In this document: one piece after another, positions 54,120 to 63,022 of the stretch | Numbering within the stretch: the stretch's first letter is position 1 | Layout: each line of letters begins with the position of its first letter | Origin: Myxococcota bacterium | Lineage (GTDB): Bacteria; Myxococcota; B64-G9 | DNA: 64,000 bases | NCBI GenBank assembly: GCA_035528415.1 | Contig: DATKYQ010000040.1 | Span: forward strand, 28,296-92,295 | Reading direction: 5' to 3' | The notes under the pieces: generated by a model | Told to the model about the DNA's origin: nothing | The model's input: the letters and a program-made list of their open reading frames with translations, nothing else | Database searches by the model: none | Translations under genes and position numbers: made by a program

Positions 54120-55016
54120 TCACCGGGCCCCGGCCGGCATCAACGGCCAGCCCAATCTCTCGCGGGCGGCAAGGTATCTCAGGGCACAACTCTTGGCCAG
54201 GGTTCTCACCCGCCCGATATATGCCTGCCGCTCGGTTACACTGATGGCGCCGCGGGCGTCCAGCAGGTTGAATACATGCGAGCACTTGAGGCAATAGTCA
54301 TAGGCGGGCAGAGCCTGTGAATGATCCGGCGCTGTGGAGTCGTCGAACAGGCGCCGGCATTCATTCTCGTACATGTCGAACAGGTCCAGGAGCATGCGCG
54401 TGTCGGCCCGCTCGAAATTATATTCCGAGTACTCCAGCTCGTCCTGGTGATGGACCTGGCCGTAGCTGACGGAGTCGTTCCAGTCGATGTCGTACACACT
54501 GGCCTTGTCCTGCAGCAGCATAGCTATTCTCTCGAGTCCGTAAGTCAATTCCACCGGGATCGGCTCGAGATCGATTCCGCCGACCTGCTGGAAATAGGTG
54601 AACTGGGTAACCTCCATGCCGTCTATCCAGACTTCCCAGCCGAGCCCCCAGGCTCCGAGGGTGGGCGACTCCCAGTCGTCCTCGACGAAACGCACGTCGT
54701 GGGCGTTGGTGTCGACACCCACCGAGCGCAACGAATCCAGGTAGATATCCTGAACATCGAGCGGCGAGGGCTTGAGGATGACCTGGAACTGGTAGTAATG
54801 CTGCAAGCGGTTGGGGTTCTCCCCGTAGCGCCCGTCGGTAGGGCGCCGGCAAGGCTGAACGTAAGCCACCCTCCAGGGCTCGGGGCCCAGGCTGTGCAGG
54901 AAGGTGGCCGGGTGAAAGGTTCCAGCTCCGTTCTCCAGGTCGTATGGCTGCAGCACGAGGCAGTCCCGCGAGGCCCAGAACTGCTGCAGGTTCATAATGA
55001 GTTGCTGGAAATTCAC
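54120..55016 (-). CDS. glyQ: Glycine--tRNA ligase alpha subunit
   Basis: [34 protein letters not shown] matches the E. coli GlyQ N-terminus. I prefer GTG 55016, with a purine-rich stretch upstream. The track ORF starts at TTG 55070. Confidence 0.88.
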   Translation of the reverse strand: MNFQQLIMNLQQFWASRDCLVLQPYDLENGAGTFHPATFLHSLGPEPWRVAYVQPCRRPTDGRYGENPNRLQHYYQFQVILKPSPLDVQDIYLDSLRSVGVDTNAHDVRFVEDDWESPTLGAWGLGWEVWIDGMEVTQFTYFQQVGGIDLEPIPVELTYGLERIAMLLQDKASVYDIDWNDSVSYGQVHHQDELEYSEYNFERADTRMLLDLFDMYENECRRLFDDSTAPDHSQALPAYDYCLKCSHVFNLLDARGAISVTERQAYIGRVRTLAKSCALRYLAARERLGWPLMPAGAR

Positions 55017-55134
55017 GAGATAACCGCCTTTCGCGCCCGGGTAGATAACATTCCGTGTGTGCAATGTCAAGCCGCCGGGAAGCGGATCGGCATTGTTTTC
55101 CGGACAGTTGCAGCCGCAAGTAACCTTTTGCTAG

Positions 55135-55878
55135 CTACTCCGTCCCCGCAAGTTTTCTCAGAAACTCGCGCGCCTTCAGGGGGCGGCTTGTGTGACTGTC
55201 TATTATCCCGGCCAGCAGGCCTCGCGCCGTGGCCATTGATTGCGCATCGATGGTTTGATCGGGCTCTCGTCCCGTCTGCAAGGCATTTAGCAAGCCGAGT
55301 ACAGCCGGGGAGATTTCCTGAAGCTGTCTTCCTGTGGCGCAGTCCACGCAAAAAAGCGCGCCCTGTACATGGTCGAAGACCCATTTTATGGCCTGGTGTG
55401 TGCCGCATCCCAGACAAGAAGAAAAACGGGGCGCAAAACCGGCCAACCCGAGTATGCCAAGTTCGTAGGATCTTATTTCCTTTGCACTCAGCGGCCCCGC
55501 TTTCAGTCTTGTAAGGGTCCCGGTCAGCAGATCGAAGAATCCGGCGGCCTCGTCGGCCTCACCTAGAAAGGCGCCGGCCAACTCGACCGCATAGCCGGCA
55601 TGGGCTATGGAGACGAGGTCTTTGGTGATCGGCTCGTGAGAGTCGAGCAGCACGGCCTCTTCCAGGCGGTGGAGGCCGTTGGCCTTTTCCACGAATCTGG
55701 CGTCGATCAGGCTGAAAAGCTCCAGGCAACCGGCAAAGCGGCGTTTGCTCCTGCGTGCTCCGGGAGCCACCGCCCGGAACTTGCCGTGGTCTCTGGATAA
55801 GAGCGTGACGATCCAGTCCGACTCGCCCAACGCACTTCGATTCAGGACAATCGCTTCCGCCCTAGATCGGCGTGACAT
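55135..55878 (-). CDS. recO: DNA repair protein RecO
   Basis: OB-fold N-terminus (AIVLNRSALGESDWIVTLLSRDHGKFRAVAPGARRSKRRF) and a C4 zinc finger (CLGCG...CVDC). Confidence 0.85.
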   Translation of the reverse strand: MSRRSRAEAIVLNRSALGESDWIVTLLSRDHGKFRAVAPGARRSKRRFAGCLELFSLIDARFVEKANGLHRLEEAVLLDSHEPITKDLVSIAHAGYAVELAGAFLGEADEAAGFFDLLTGTLTRLKAGPLSAKEIRSYELGILGLAGFAPRFSSCLGCGTHQAIKWVFDHVQGALFCVDCATGRQLQEISPAVLGLLNALQTGREPDQTIDAQSMATARGLLAGIIDSHTSRPLKAREFLRKLAGTE

Positions 55879-55900
55879 GGGTTCACCCGCCGCCAGGCTC

Positions 55901-56704
55901 TCAATCGCCGGAATCGGACCCGGTTTTAGGCTTGGGATCGCGGCAACTCAAACGATAGAGCCGCTCGCAGTCCTGTCCCACGTTGCTCATGCTCGATTTT
56001 TTGATGCAGGCCCGTAGAGCCTTGCAGCCGCGGTCCTCCTTGCCCTGCATCAGCAGAACCTTGCCGAGATCTCGATCGGCCTGTTGGTAGGCCGGGCAAA
56101 TTTCCGTGGCCTTTAAAAACTTGCGGGCAGCCTCGTCGTAGTTTTTGTCCTCCTGGAACATCAATCCCAGGTACTGGTAACCGATGCAATACTTCTCGTT
56201 CTGGGCGATGGCGTTTTTGACGTGTCGGTATCCCTGCTGCTTGTTTCCTGTTTGAAACAAGGCCCAGCCGTAATTACTCTCGGCCAGGTGGCGCTCCTTT
56301 AAAAAAACGTTATCGAGCGCTTTGCGTAAAAGAGGGATGGCCTCGCGAAAGCGGTTTTGATCGATCAGCAAGCGGGCCTTGTTGTTGAGCACCTCGCTGT
56401 AATCCGGTTTCAATTCCAGCGCCCGGTCATAATGGGCAAGAGCCTTCTCGTTGTTCCCGAGCAGGTAAAATACAAGTCCCAGCGCATTCTGTAGTTGCGG
56501 AAAATCAGGCTTGTTCTTGGCCGACTCGATAAAGTTGCGCAAGGCCGCCTTGAGTCTGCCGGCGCGCATGTCGTTGACACCCAGGTCGTACTGGATCTCC
56601 GCCTGCCTGATCTCCTTCGCCGAGGGGCCCAGGACGCAGGCGCCGAGCGTCATGCAGATCGCAAACGCTGCCAGATTTAAACGCTTCGAAACAATTAGCA
56701 ACAT
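55901..56704 (-). CDS. TPR-repeat lipoprotein (PilF/PilW/Tgl-like architecture)
   Basis: Lipobox TLGACV. About six TPR units. Cys-rich C-terminal tail. Confidence 0.65.
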   Translation of the reverse strand: MLLIVSKRLNLAAFAICMTLGACVLGPSAKEIRQAEIQYDLGVNDMRAGRLKAALRNFIESAKNKPDFPQLQNALGLVFYLLGNNEKALAHYDRALELKPDYSEVLNNKARLLIDQNRFREAIPLLRKALDNVFLKERHLAESNYGWALFQTGNKQQGYRHVKNAIAQNEKYCIGYQYLGLMFQEDKNYDEAARKFLKATEICPAYQQADRDLGKVLLMQGKEDRGCKALRACIKKSSMSNVGQDCERLYRLSCRDPKPKTGSDSGD

Positions 56705-56746
56705 GGTTAATCTCCAACCCCTGGGATCGGTCAGTGACCGGTAACT

Positions 56747-57328
56747 TCAAAAAGACGAAAACATGCGGATGATCTTGGCCAGGCCCTCGTCGGAAACGAT
56801 CGTCTCCTGTCCGCCGGCCGGCGACGTACTTTCCGCCACACCATCGAGACCGAGCACCCCCTCCTCCAGCGGAGCCAGATCGAGAATTTCCTCGTCCGAG
56901 GCATTTTCGTTGCCGTCCTTCTGCATCCGGAGCGCGAACTCATTGAGATCATCGTGAAACGGCGGTAGGTGCTGCATCAATTCGTCACGCTGATCGATGG
57001 GCAGGTTGCGGAAGTTTAGGTTGTCCACCATGAACCCCATGCTCTCTACGAATTGCAAGGCATCGAGTTCTATGTCGTGATACGACTCCATTGGAATCTC
57101 CACCGGATCGTGAAGATATATAAGGCACTCCTTGCTCTGCAGCAGGTGCAGGTAGACGTAGACCGAGAACAGGCCCGAGGCATTGCGAACGCCGACAATA
57201 AAGGCCTTGGTCGGCTCGAGCGGCTTGTCCGCCGCGGCCACCATCGGCTTGTTGATCGACTCGATGATGGCTACGATCTGCTCACTGCTTGTCTGGATGA
57301 ATTTCAGCTCGGGATGAATCTCGTACAC
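56747..57328 (-). CDS. Hypothetical cytoplasmic protein
   Basis: GTG start. 193 aa with an acidic C-terminal half and no recognisable motif. Confidence 0.5.
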   Translation of the reverse strand: MYEIHPELKFIQTSSEQIVAIIESINKPMVAAADKPLEPTKAFIVGVRNASGLFSVYVYLHLLQSKECLIYLHDPVEIPMESYHDIELDALQFVESMGFMVDNLNFRNLPIDQRDELMQHLPPFHDDLNEFALRMQKDGNENASDEEILDLAPLEEGVLGLDGVAESTSPAGGQETIVSDEGLAKIIRMFSSF

Positions 57329-57357
57329 GTTTGTTCCGCCTCGTTCAGGCTGCGTGC

Positions 57358-57954
57358 CTATTGCACCGTTATGGTGAACTCGTCGTTGAAGTTCTGAGTT
57401 TCATCGGCCGTTCGCGAGTACTGGACCAGCGGGTTTTCGATCATCACGTTGTTGCCGCCGACGTTGCCCTCACCGATGATTATCCGCATGTAAACCTGTT
57501 TCGAGAAGCTCTTGCGTTGCTTGCCCACGTTTTTCGAGGCCGCAAAATGTATGACGTTGGAACCGGGACGCAGGTACTTGGTGATCTCCTGGACCACCTG
57601 CTCGTCGTCTGAGCGAATACGCTTGAACCAGACGCTGTTGATGTAGATGTCGATATCGTACTGGGTTTTTCCCGGGTAGTTTTCCTCTTTAATCAACCAG
57701 TAACGTTTGGTGGCTGTCGCGCTCGGGTTGGCCGCCGATGCCTGTCCCTTCCCTGCATCGCCCTGGACGGCGTATCCGGGAGCTTCGATCAAGACGTTTC
57801 CCTTGGCGTCGATTGTCACCGTGCATTTTTCGAACTTCTGGTTGGTAATGCCGTCGACACGCGTCCCGTTGAGAAAAATGCTTCCCGCCACGGCCGACCC
57901 GGCCGCAAGCAAAAGCAACATCAACAGAATTATTTCGACTCGCGAGCGTTTCAT
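57358..57954 (-). CDS. Hypothetical secreted protein
   Basis: Start at MKRSRVEIILLMLLLLAAGSAVAG, a signal peptide. Beta-rich body. Confidence 0.55.
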   Translation of the reverse strand: MKRSRVEIILLMLLLLAAGSAVAGSIFLNGTRVDGITNQKFEKCTVTIDAKGNVLIEAPGYAVQGDAGKGQASAANPSATATKRYWLIKEENYPGKTQYDIDIYINSVWFKRIRSDDEQVVQEITKYLRPGSNVIHFAASKNVGKQRKSFSKQVYMRIIIGEGNVGGNNVMIENPLVQYSRTADETQNFNDEFTITVQ

Positions 57955-57990
57955 GGCAATACTCTTGTCTAGCAATTACACTACTTTCTT

Positions 57991-58674
57991 CTACCCGGGA
58001 ATCTCCGCCACGTCAAGGATCCTGCGCTGATCGCCCCCATCCGGCCAAAGGATCTCGTGGAGTTGCACCTGGATCCTTGCCTGTCTTCCGGAGTCGAGCA
58101 GCCAGTCGGCCAGTCGGCCGGGCTCTAGGATGTTCGACGCCGCTGAGAAGAGGATTTTCACTTCCTCAGACGGAGCGTGTTTTTCAAGCATCGCGCACGA
58201 CCAGTCGAAATCCTGCTTGTCCGTGACAACGATTTTCAGCTCGTCCCCCGCCTTGAGCCTGCCCAGGTTCATAAGATCCATACTATCTTGCTCGCCACTG
58301 CCGGGGGCCTTGAGGTCCATGATGACATGCACGCCCTCGGGAACCACAGAGATGTCCCGGCTACCGTTGGTCTCGAGCAGCACGGACTTTCCGGCGCTGA
58401 CTAACTCCGTGCACAGGCCTATGGTGTCGGCCTGCAAGAGCGGCTCTCCGCCGGTGACGATCACCAGGTGGTCACCCGTGCCGGCCATAAGGTCGAAGAC
58501 CCGCGCAGGCGTCATCCGGCGACCCGGCTCCCAGGCGCGACGCGTATCGCACCAATTGCAGCGCAGGTTGCATCCCGAAAGGCGCACGAAGGTCGCCGGC
58601 AGCCCCGCCCGGGTAGTCTCACCGGAGATCGACCTGAACATCTCGCAGATTTCGAGTGTCTCAGCGTCGTTCAT
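57991..58674 (-). CDS. queE: 7-carboxy-7-deazaguanine synthase (radical SAM)
   Basis: FVRLSGCNLRCNWCDT cluster motif. Start at MNDAETLEICEMF, overlapping the queD 3' end by 14 nt. Confidence 0.85.
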   Translation of the reverse strand: MNDAETLEICEMFRSISGETTRAGLPATFVRLSGCNLRCNWCDTRRAWEPGRRMTPARVFDLMAGTGDHLVIVTGGEPLLQADTIGLCTELVSAGKSVLLETNGSRDISVVPEGVHVIMDLKAPGSGEQDSMDLMNLGRLKAGDELKIVVTDKQDFDWSCAMLEKHAPSEEVKILFSAASNILEPGRLADWLLDSGRQARIQVQLHEILWPDGGDQRRILDVAEIPG

Positions 58675-59038
58675 GATAGGTGACACATGCCCCCTCGGTC
58701 TCCCAGACACGAATGGCAAGCAGCTCGACCCGGTCGCCCGCCAGGGCCTCGGCCAGGCCCCGGTAAATGACCCTAGCCATATTCTCGCTGGAGGGGTTCA
58801 GCTCGGCGAATTCCTGCAGCCCGTTAAGATCGGCGTGGTCGAAGCGGTCCGCAACCTTCCCGAGTTTTTCACGCAACAAGCCGAAATCCAGCGAAAGCCC
58901 CGTCTGGTCGAGTTCTTCGGTGCCGACGGTAGCTTCAACCTTGTAGTTGTGCCCGTGAACGTTCTCGCATTTTCCCCGGTAGCCGCGCAGGTGATGAGCC
59001 GCCGCAATGTTCACCGTGACAGTAGCCTCGAACATCAT
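58661..59038 (-). CDS. queD: 6-carboxy-5,6,7,8-tetrahydropterin synthase
   Basis: AAHHLRGYRGKCENVHGHNY signature. 125 aa. Confidence 0.9.
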   Translation of the reverse strand: MMFEATVTVNIAAAHHLRGYRGKCENVHGHNYKVEATVGTEELDQTGLSLDFGLLREKLGKVADRFDHADLNGLQEFAELNPSSENMARVIYRGLAEALAGDRVELLAIRVWETEGACVTYHERR

Positions 59039-59162
59039 CGATCCTTTCCTGGAAGTGTTAAAATTCTACCAATACAGCATAGCGCCCCGACTTGCGTCTT
59101 GGCCATGAAATAAATGACACTCAGAATAAGCTTGTGGTATCAGGATAGCGGGAGACTGAGAG

Positions 59163-60212
59163 ATGGGAATCAGCTTCGAAAAGTTCACCGAATCCGTCGA
59201 GTTTCACAGTCCCATGCAATGCATGGAGCTGGTCAAGCACGTCATCGAAAGACGCCGCGATCCGTTGACCGGGCGCATAGCCATCGGCAGCCTGGCACTG
59301 GCCGGTAAGGGCGAGTTCTTCTTCGGCCCTACCGACCAGGCGCTGATCGAGAAGATCGCCACGGACACCCGCAGCAACTGCTTGTTTTGCCCCGAATACG
59401 TCGAACGATCCACCCCGCGCTACCGTGACGCATGGCTCCCGGGCGGCGCCCTGCGGCAGGGGGAATGTTTTTTGTTTCCCAACCTTTTTCCACTCAGCGC
59501 GGTCCACGCCGTTGTTGTGCTGGGCGAGAAGCACTACCGCAACCTCGATGACTTCCCGGCCGATCTCGTTCGCGACGGCCTGGCAGTGTCGCTTGATTTC
59601 ATTCGCACGCTTTTCGGCAACGCCCCCGAGAACGCCTATTTCACCGTCAACGCCAACTACCTCTTCCCGGCCGGGGCATCCATGGTTCACCCGCACATGC
59701 AGATCTTCGGCGGGCGCTACCCGGCAACCGCCGTCAGCGAGCTTTTGGATGACTGCCGCCGATATCACGATGAAAACGGCCGGGACTATTTCGAACAACT
59801 AGTCGAGGAGGAGGAGAAACTCGGAAAACGTTATATACGTTCTAGCGGTCCGGTACATTGGCTGACGCCGTTCGCACCGACTGGAACCAACGAAGTGCTC
59901 GGTGTTCTGCCAGATCGCCCGCACCTGCTGCGTCTCGATGATACGGCAATAGAAGGGCTGGCGATGGGGATCTCGACGGTGCTCGCATACTACGGCGAAA
60001 AAGGTTTCTCCACATTCAACTTCAGCCTCTATTCGGGCCGGCTGAACGACGAGGCATCCCCGGCACCTGTCTTTGTCCGTATTCTCTGCCGCCAGAACGT
60101 GCGCAAGTACTACCGCGCCGACGATTACTTCATCCAGAAGCTGCTGGGCGAGGAGCTGATCTTGACCACGCCCGAGGATCTGGCAGCCGGCCTGAGGAGT
60201 TTCTGGAAATGA
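59163..60212 (+). CDS. GalT / HIT-superfamily nucleotidyltransferase-like protein
   Basis: CLFCPE zinc knuckle and the HPHMQ (HxHxQ) active-site motif in GalT-like order. ATGA overlap with the downstream gene. Confidence 0.6.
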   Translation: MGISFEKFTESVEFHSPMQCMELVKHVIERRRDPLTGRIAIGSLALAGKGEFFFGPTDQALIEKIATDTRSNCLFCPEYVERSTPRYRDAWLPGGALRQGECFLFPNLFPLSAVHAVVVLGEKHYRNLDDFPADLVRDGLAVSLDFIRTLFGNAPENAYFTVNANYLFPAGASMVHPHMQIFGGRYPATAVSELLDDCRRYHDENGRDYFEQLVEEEEKLGKRYIRSSGPVHWLTPFAPTGTNEVLGVLPDRPHLLRLDDTAIEGLAMGISTVLAYYGEKGFSTFNFSLYSGRLNDEASPAPVFVRILCRQNVRKYYRADDYFIQKLLGEELILTTPEDLAAGLRSFWK

Positions 60213-63019
60213 ACGAATCCGCTTTCTTCAACTATCTGGTCTGGGCTTGGTTGGCGACGGCTTTATTCACCTTCGTGCTGCTGTTTTTCATAAAGGCCCC
60301 CTACGGGCGCTACACTCGGCGTGGCTGGGGCCCGATTATCGACAGGCGTCTGGGCTGGATCATCATGGAGACGCCATCCCTTTTATTTTTTGGCCTGTTC
60401 TTCATTCTGGGCAACAGGCACACGGACAGCATGGCGATCGTCTTTCTCTCGCTGTGGGTAGTACACTACTTCCACCGCTCGTTCATCTATCCCTTCCAGA
60501 CACGCGGCAAATTGAAAACTCAGACGCTCGTGCCGGTGGCGCTGGCAGTGGTTTTCAACCTGGGCAACACTTACATCAACGGCCGCTGGCTTTTCAGCCT
60601 CGGCCCCGGTTACGGGCCGGACTGGTTCGGCGATCCGCGCTTCATGATCGGCATCGCCATGTTCGCCGCGGGTTTCGCAATCTGCAAGCACTCTGATCAC
60701 ATTCTCAGAAACCTGCGTAAGCCCGGCGAGAGCGGTTACAAGATCCCGACCGGCGGCATGTACCGGCTGGTCTCGTGCCCCAACTACCTGGGCGAGATAA
60801 TCGAGTGGAGCGGCTGGGCCGTGGCCACCTGGTCCTTGGCCGGGTTGAGCTTCGCCGCCTGGACATTCGCCAACCTGGTCCCGCGCGCCTGGTCGCATCA
60901 GCGCTGGTACCGTCAAAAGTTCCCCGACTACCCGCCGAAGCGGCGGGCGGTCTTTCCGTTTATCTTGTCGCTGTCTGTGCTGCTGGTGGCGGCCTTTCCG
61001 CGAATATCAGCAGCCGACGAGCCGTCCGATCAGCCAAGGGATGAGCTTGAGGACGAATTTGAACTGCTCCAGGAAGACGAGATTGTATACACCGCCTCCA
61101 AGCACGCCCAGGACATTTCCGAGTCCCCATCGGCCATCACGCTGATCACCCGCGAGCAGATCGAGAATACCCACTGCAGCGACATCGTCTGCCTGCTCAG
61201 GCAGGTGCCCGAGGTGGAAGTCCGGCGCGTGCTGCCGATGTTCCACTCGGTCGGCGCCCGGGCGCTGGCCGGCGAGCTTGGCGACAAGGTGCTGGTGCTT
61301 ATTGACGGGCGCGAGATCAACAACGAGCTGTTCGGCGTCGTCTACTGGGCGGGCATGCCGGTGCACCTGGAGGAAATCGAGCGCATCGAGGTCATCCGCG
61401 GGCCGGGCTCGGCGCTCTACGGGGCCAACGCCCATTCGATGGTTGTGTCGATCACCACCCTCAAGCCCGACGCCGACCGGGCCGAGGCTTTCTTAGGCGC
61501 CGGCGAGCAGGGGCGCGAGAGCGAACATGTCAGGCTCGACCGCATTTTCGGCGATTGGCGTCTGAGCCTGGCAGGCTCACGGGAGATCGCGGACAACTGG
61601 CGCATCCGAGATAAACGCGAACGCGAGGTGCACAGTGTGCGCCTCAGGCTGGAACATGCCGGCGAATCGTCCGGCACCTCTTTGGACATTGGCCTGGTGG
61701 ACGGCGAGGGCGAATTTTCCGCCGGCATTACCACATGTAAGTGGGACAACGTTTACCTGGCTCACGCGGTGCTCGACCACTCGCGCGACTGGCTCAAGGC
61801 GCGGGCCACTTTCAACCTGATGTACGGCAAAATGGTTCCCCTGGTAAAACTGGACTACCATGGAATCGAGCTGGGCCGGGCGCCCGATTCCGTGACCTAC
61901 AACAATCCCAGCCTCGGTGTCGAGTTGCAGACCAACTGGGCTCCTTTCGAGGGCAACCTGCTCGTCGCCGGCACGAACTACCGCTGGATCGCCATGTACT
62001 CGGACATGAATGATCCCGACCAGGAACAGCAGCACCGGGTCGGCCTCTTCGTCCAGGATGAACAGCGTTTGTTCGATCAACTAACGCTGAACCTCGGCCT
62101 GCGCCTGGACTACAACAGCATCACGCCCTTTACCTTCAGCCCGCGCCTGGCCGTGGTCTGGCGTATGGTGTCCGGGCAGCTTGCCCGCCTGGCCTTCGGC
62201 AGGGCCTTCCGCAAGCCCTCCTTCATGAACACCTCGTTCCATTTTCTGGGCTTCGAGGGTACGGCGGCATTCCCAGAGCTGGGCGATTTCTTCAAGAACA
62301 ACTTCGGCAATCCCGATCTCGGAAACGAGAGCATCACCGTCTTCGAGGCCGGATACCGGGGACGCTTTCTCGACGGCGATCTGACGGCCGAGGCGGATGC
62401 CTTTTTCAACATGTATCGCGACACAATAGTCTTCAACACCGAGATCGAGCTCACTTCCCTGGGCGTGCCCGATCTTACCCGCAGCAAGATGCGTTTCGAG
62501 AACAACGGCCGCGAGGTGAACTCGGCAGGGGGATCGGTATCGCTGGTATACAAGATAAAAGAAAAGCTCAGGCTCTATCTCAACTACACATATCGCTACT
62601 CATGGTACATCGCCTCATCGTCGGAGATCGGCGTCACCGGCGTCGGCGCCAAGGGAGATCGCGTCCCCTGGGAGCCCGCGCACCTGGCCAACTCCGGTTT
62701 CTACTACCTGTTCGACTGCGGGCTGCGGTTGGGGGCCCAGGCTCATTTCCACTCGGCCCGGGACAACACCCAGAACGAGAACGGCGACCTGTTCGGCGAT
62801 GCGATCATGCTGCACAACCCGGCCCACATCATCTACAACGCCTTCGCCTCCTGGCGCCTCGAACTGAGTTGGGGCTGGATCGAGGCCGGGGTGAGAGCCT
62901 TCGACATCTTCAACGAGGGCTTCCGCGACTCGGTGGCCGTCCAGCGTACGGACGGCAGCGAGGTCGGCGGCGAATTGATCGGCCGGCGCATCTTCCTCTT
63001 CGTCCGCGGCAGCCTGTAA
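60209..63019 (+). CDS. In-frame fusion: steroid-5-alpha-reductase-like membrane reductase (about aa 1-252) plus TonB-dependent-receptor-like plug and beta-barrel (about aa 270-936)
   Basis: N-terminal part: IPTGGMYRLVSCPNYLGEIIEWSGWA...WYRQKFPDYPPKRRAVFPFIL, an SRD5A-type C-terminus. Junction: KRR-AVFPFILSLSVLLVAAF-PRISA/ADE. Then the plug: DEIVYTASKHAQDISESPSAITLITREQIE...IDGREIN...IERIEVIRGPGSALYGANA, followed by a long barrel. Confidence 0.7.
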   Translation: MNESAFFNYLVWAWLATALFTFVLLFFIKAPYGRYTRRGWGPIIDRRLGWIIMETPSLLFFGLFFILGNRHTDSMAIVFLSLWVVHYFHRSFIYPFQTRGKLKTQTLVPVALAVVFNLGNTYINGRWLFSLGPGYGPDWFGDPRFMIGIAMFAAGFAICKHSDHILRNLRKPGESGYKIPTGGMYRLVSCPNYLGEIIEWSGWAVATWSLAGLSFAAWTFANLVPRAWSHQRWYRQKFPDYPPKRRAVFPFILSLSVLLVAAFPRISAADEPSDQPRDELEDEFELLQEDEIVYTASKHAQDISESPSAITLITREQIENTHCSDIVCLLRQVPEVEVRRVLPMFHSVGARALAGELGDKVLVLIDGREINNELFGVVYWAGMPVHLEEIERIEVIRGPGSALYGANAHSMVVSITTLKPDADRAEAFLGAGEQGRESEHVRLDRIFGDWRLSLAGSREIADNWRIRDKREREVHSVRLRLEHAGESSGTSLDIGLVDGEGEFSAGITTCKWDNVYLAHAVLDHSRDWLKARATFNLMYGKMVPLVKLDYHGIELGRAPDSVTYNNPSLGVELQTNWAPFEGNLLVAGTNYRWIAMYSDMNDPDQEQQHRVGLFVQDEQRLFDQLTLNLGLRLDYNSITPFTFSPRLAVVWRMVSGQLARLAFGRAFRKPSFMNTSFHFLGFEGTAAFPELGDFFKNNFGNPDLGNESITVFEAGYRGRFLDGDLTAEADAFFNMYRDTIVFNTEIELTSLGVPDLTRSKMRFENNGREVNSAGGSVSLVYKIKEKLRLYLNYTYRYSWYIASSSEIGVTGVGAKGDRVPWEPAHLANSGFYYLFDCGLRLGAQAHFHSARDNTQNENGDLFGDAIMLHNPAHIIYNAFASWRLELSWGWIEAGVRAFDIFNEGFRDSVAVQRTDGSEVGGELIGRRIFLFVRGSL

Positions 63020-63022
63020 GGG

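Noticed and set aside
59039-59162. Possible preQ1 riboswitch upstream of queD-queE
   Set aside because: Reading the minus-strand leader, I could not find the conserved preQ1-I/II features (the short hairpin followed by an A-rich tail with CTA/CCC pairing). It is only a short leader with a GGAAAGGA RBS. A covariance-model scan would be needed to be sure.
60938-61021. Simple explanation of the SRD5A-TBDR ORF as two ordinary overlapping genes
   Set aside because: This is not fully rejected. I found no stop codon for the reductase part and no ATG before the KRR n-region, so the sequence as given supports a true fusion. A single-base error remains the main alternative and is listed as the refutation test.
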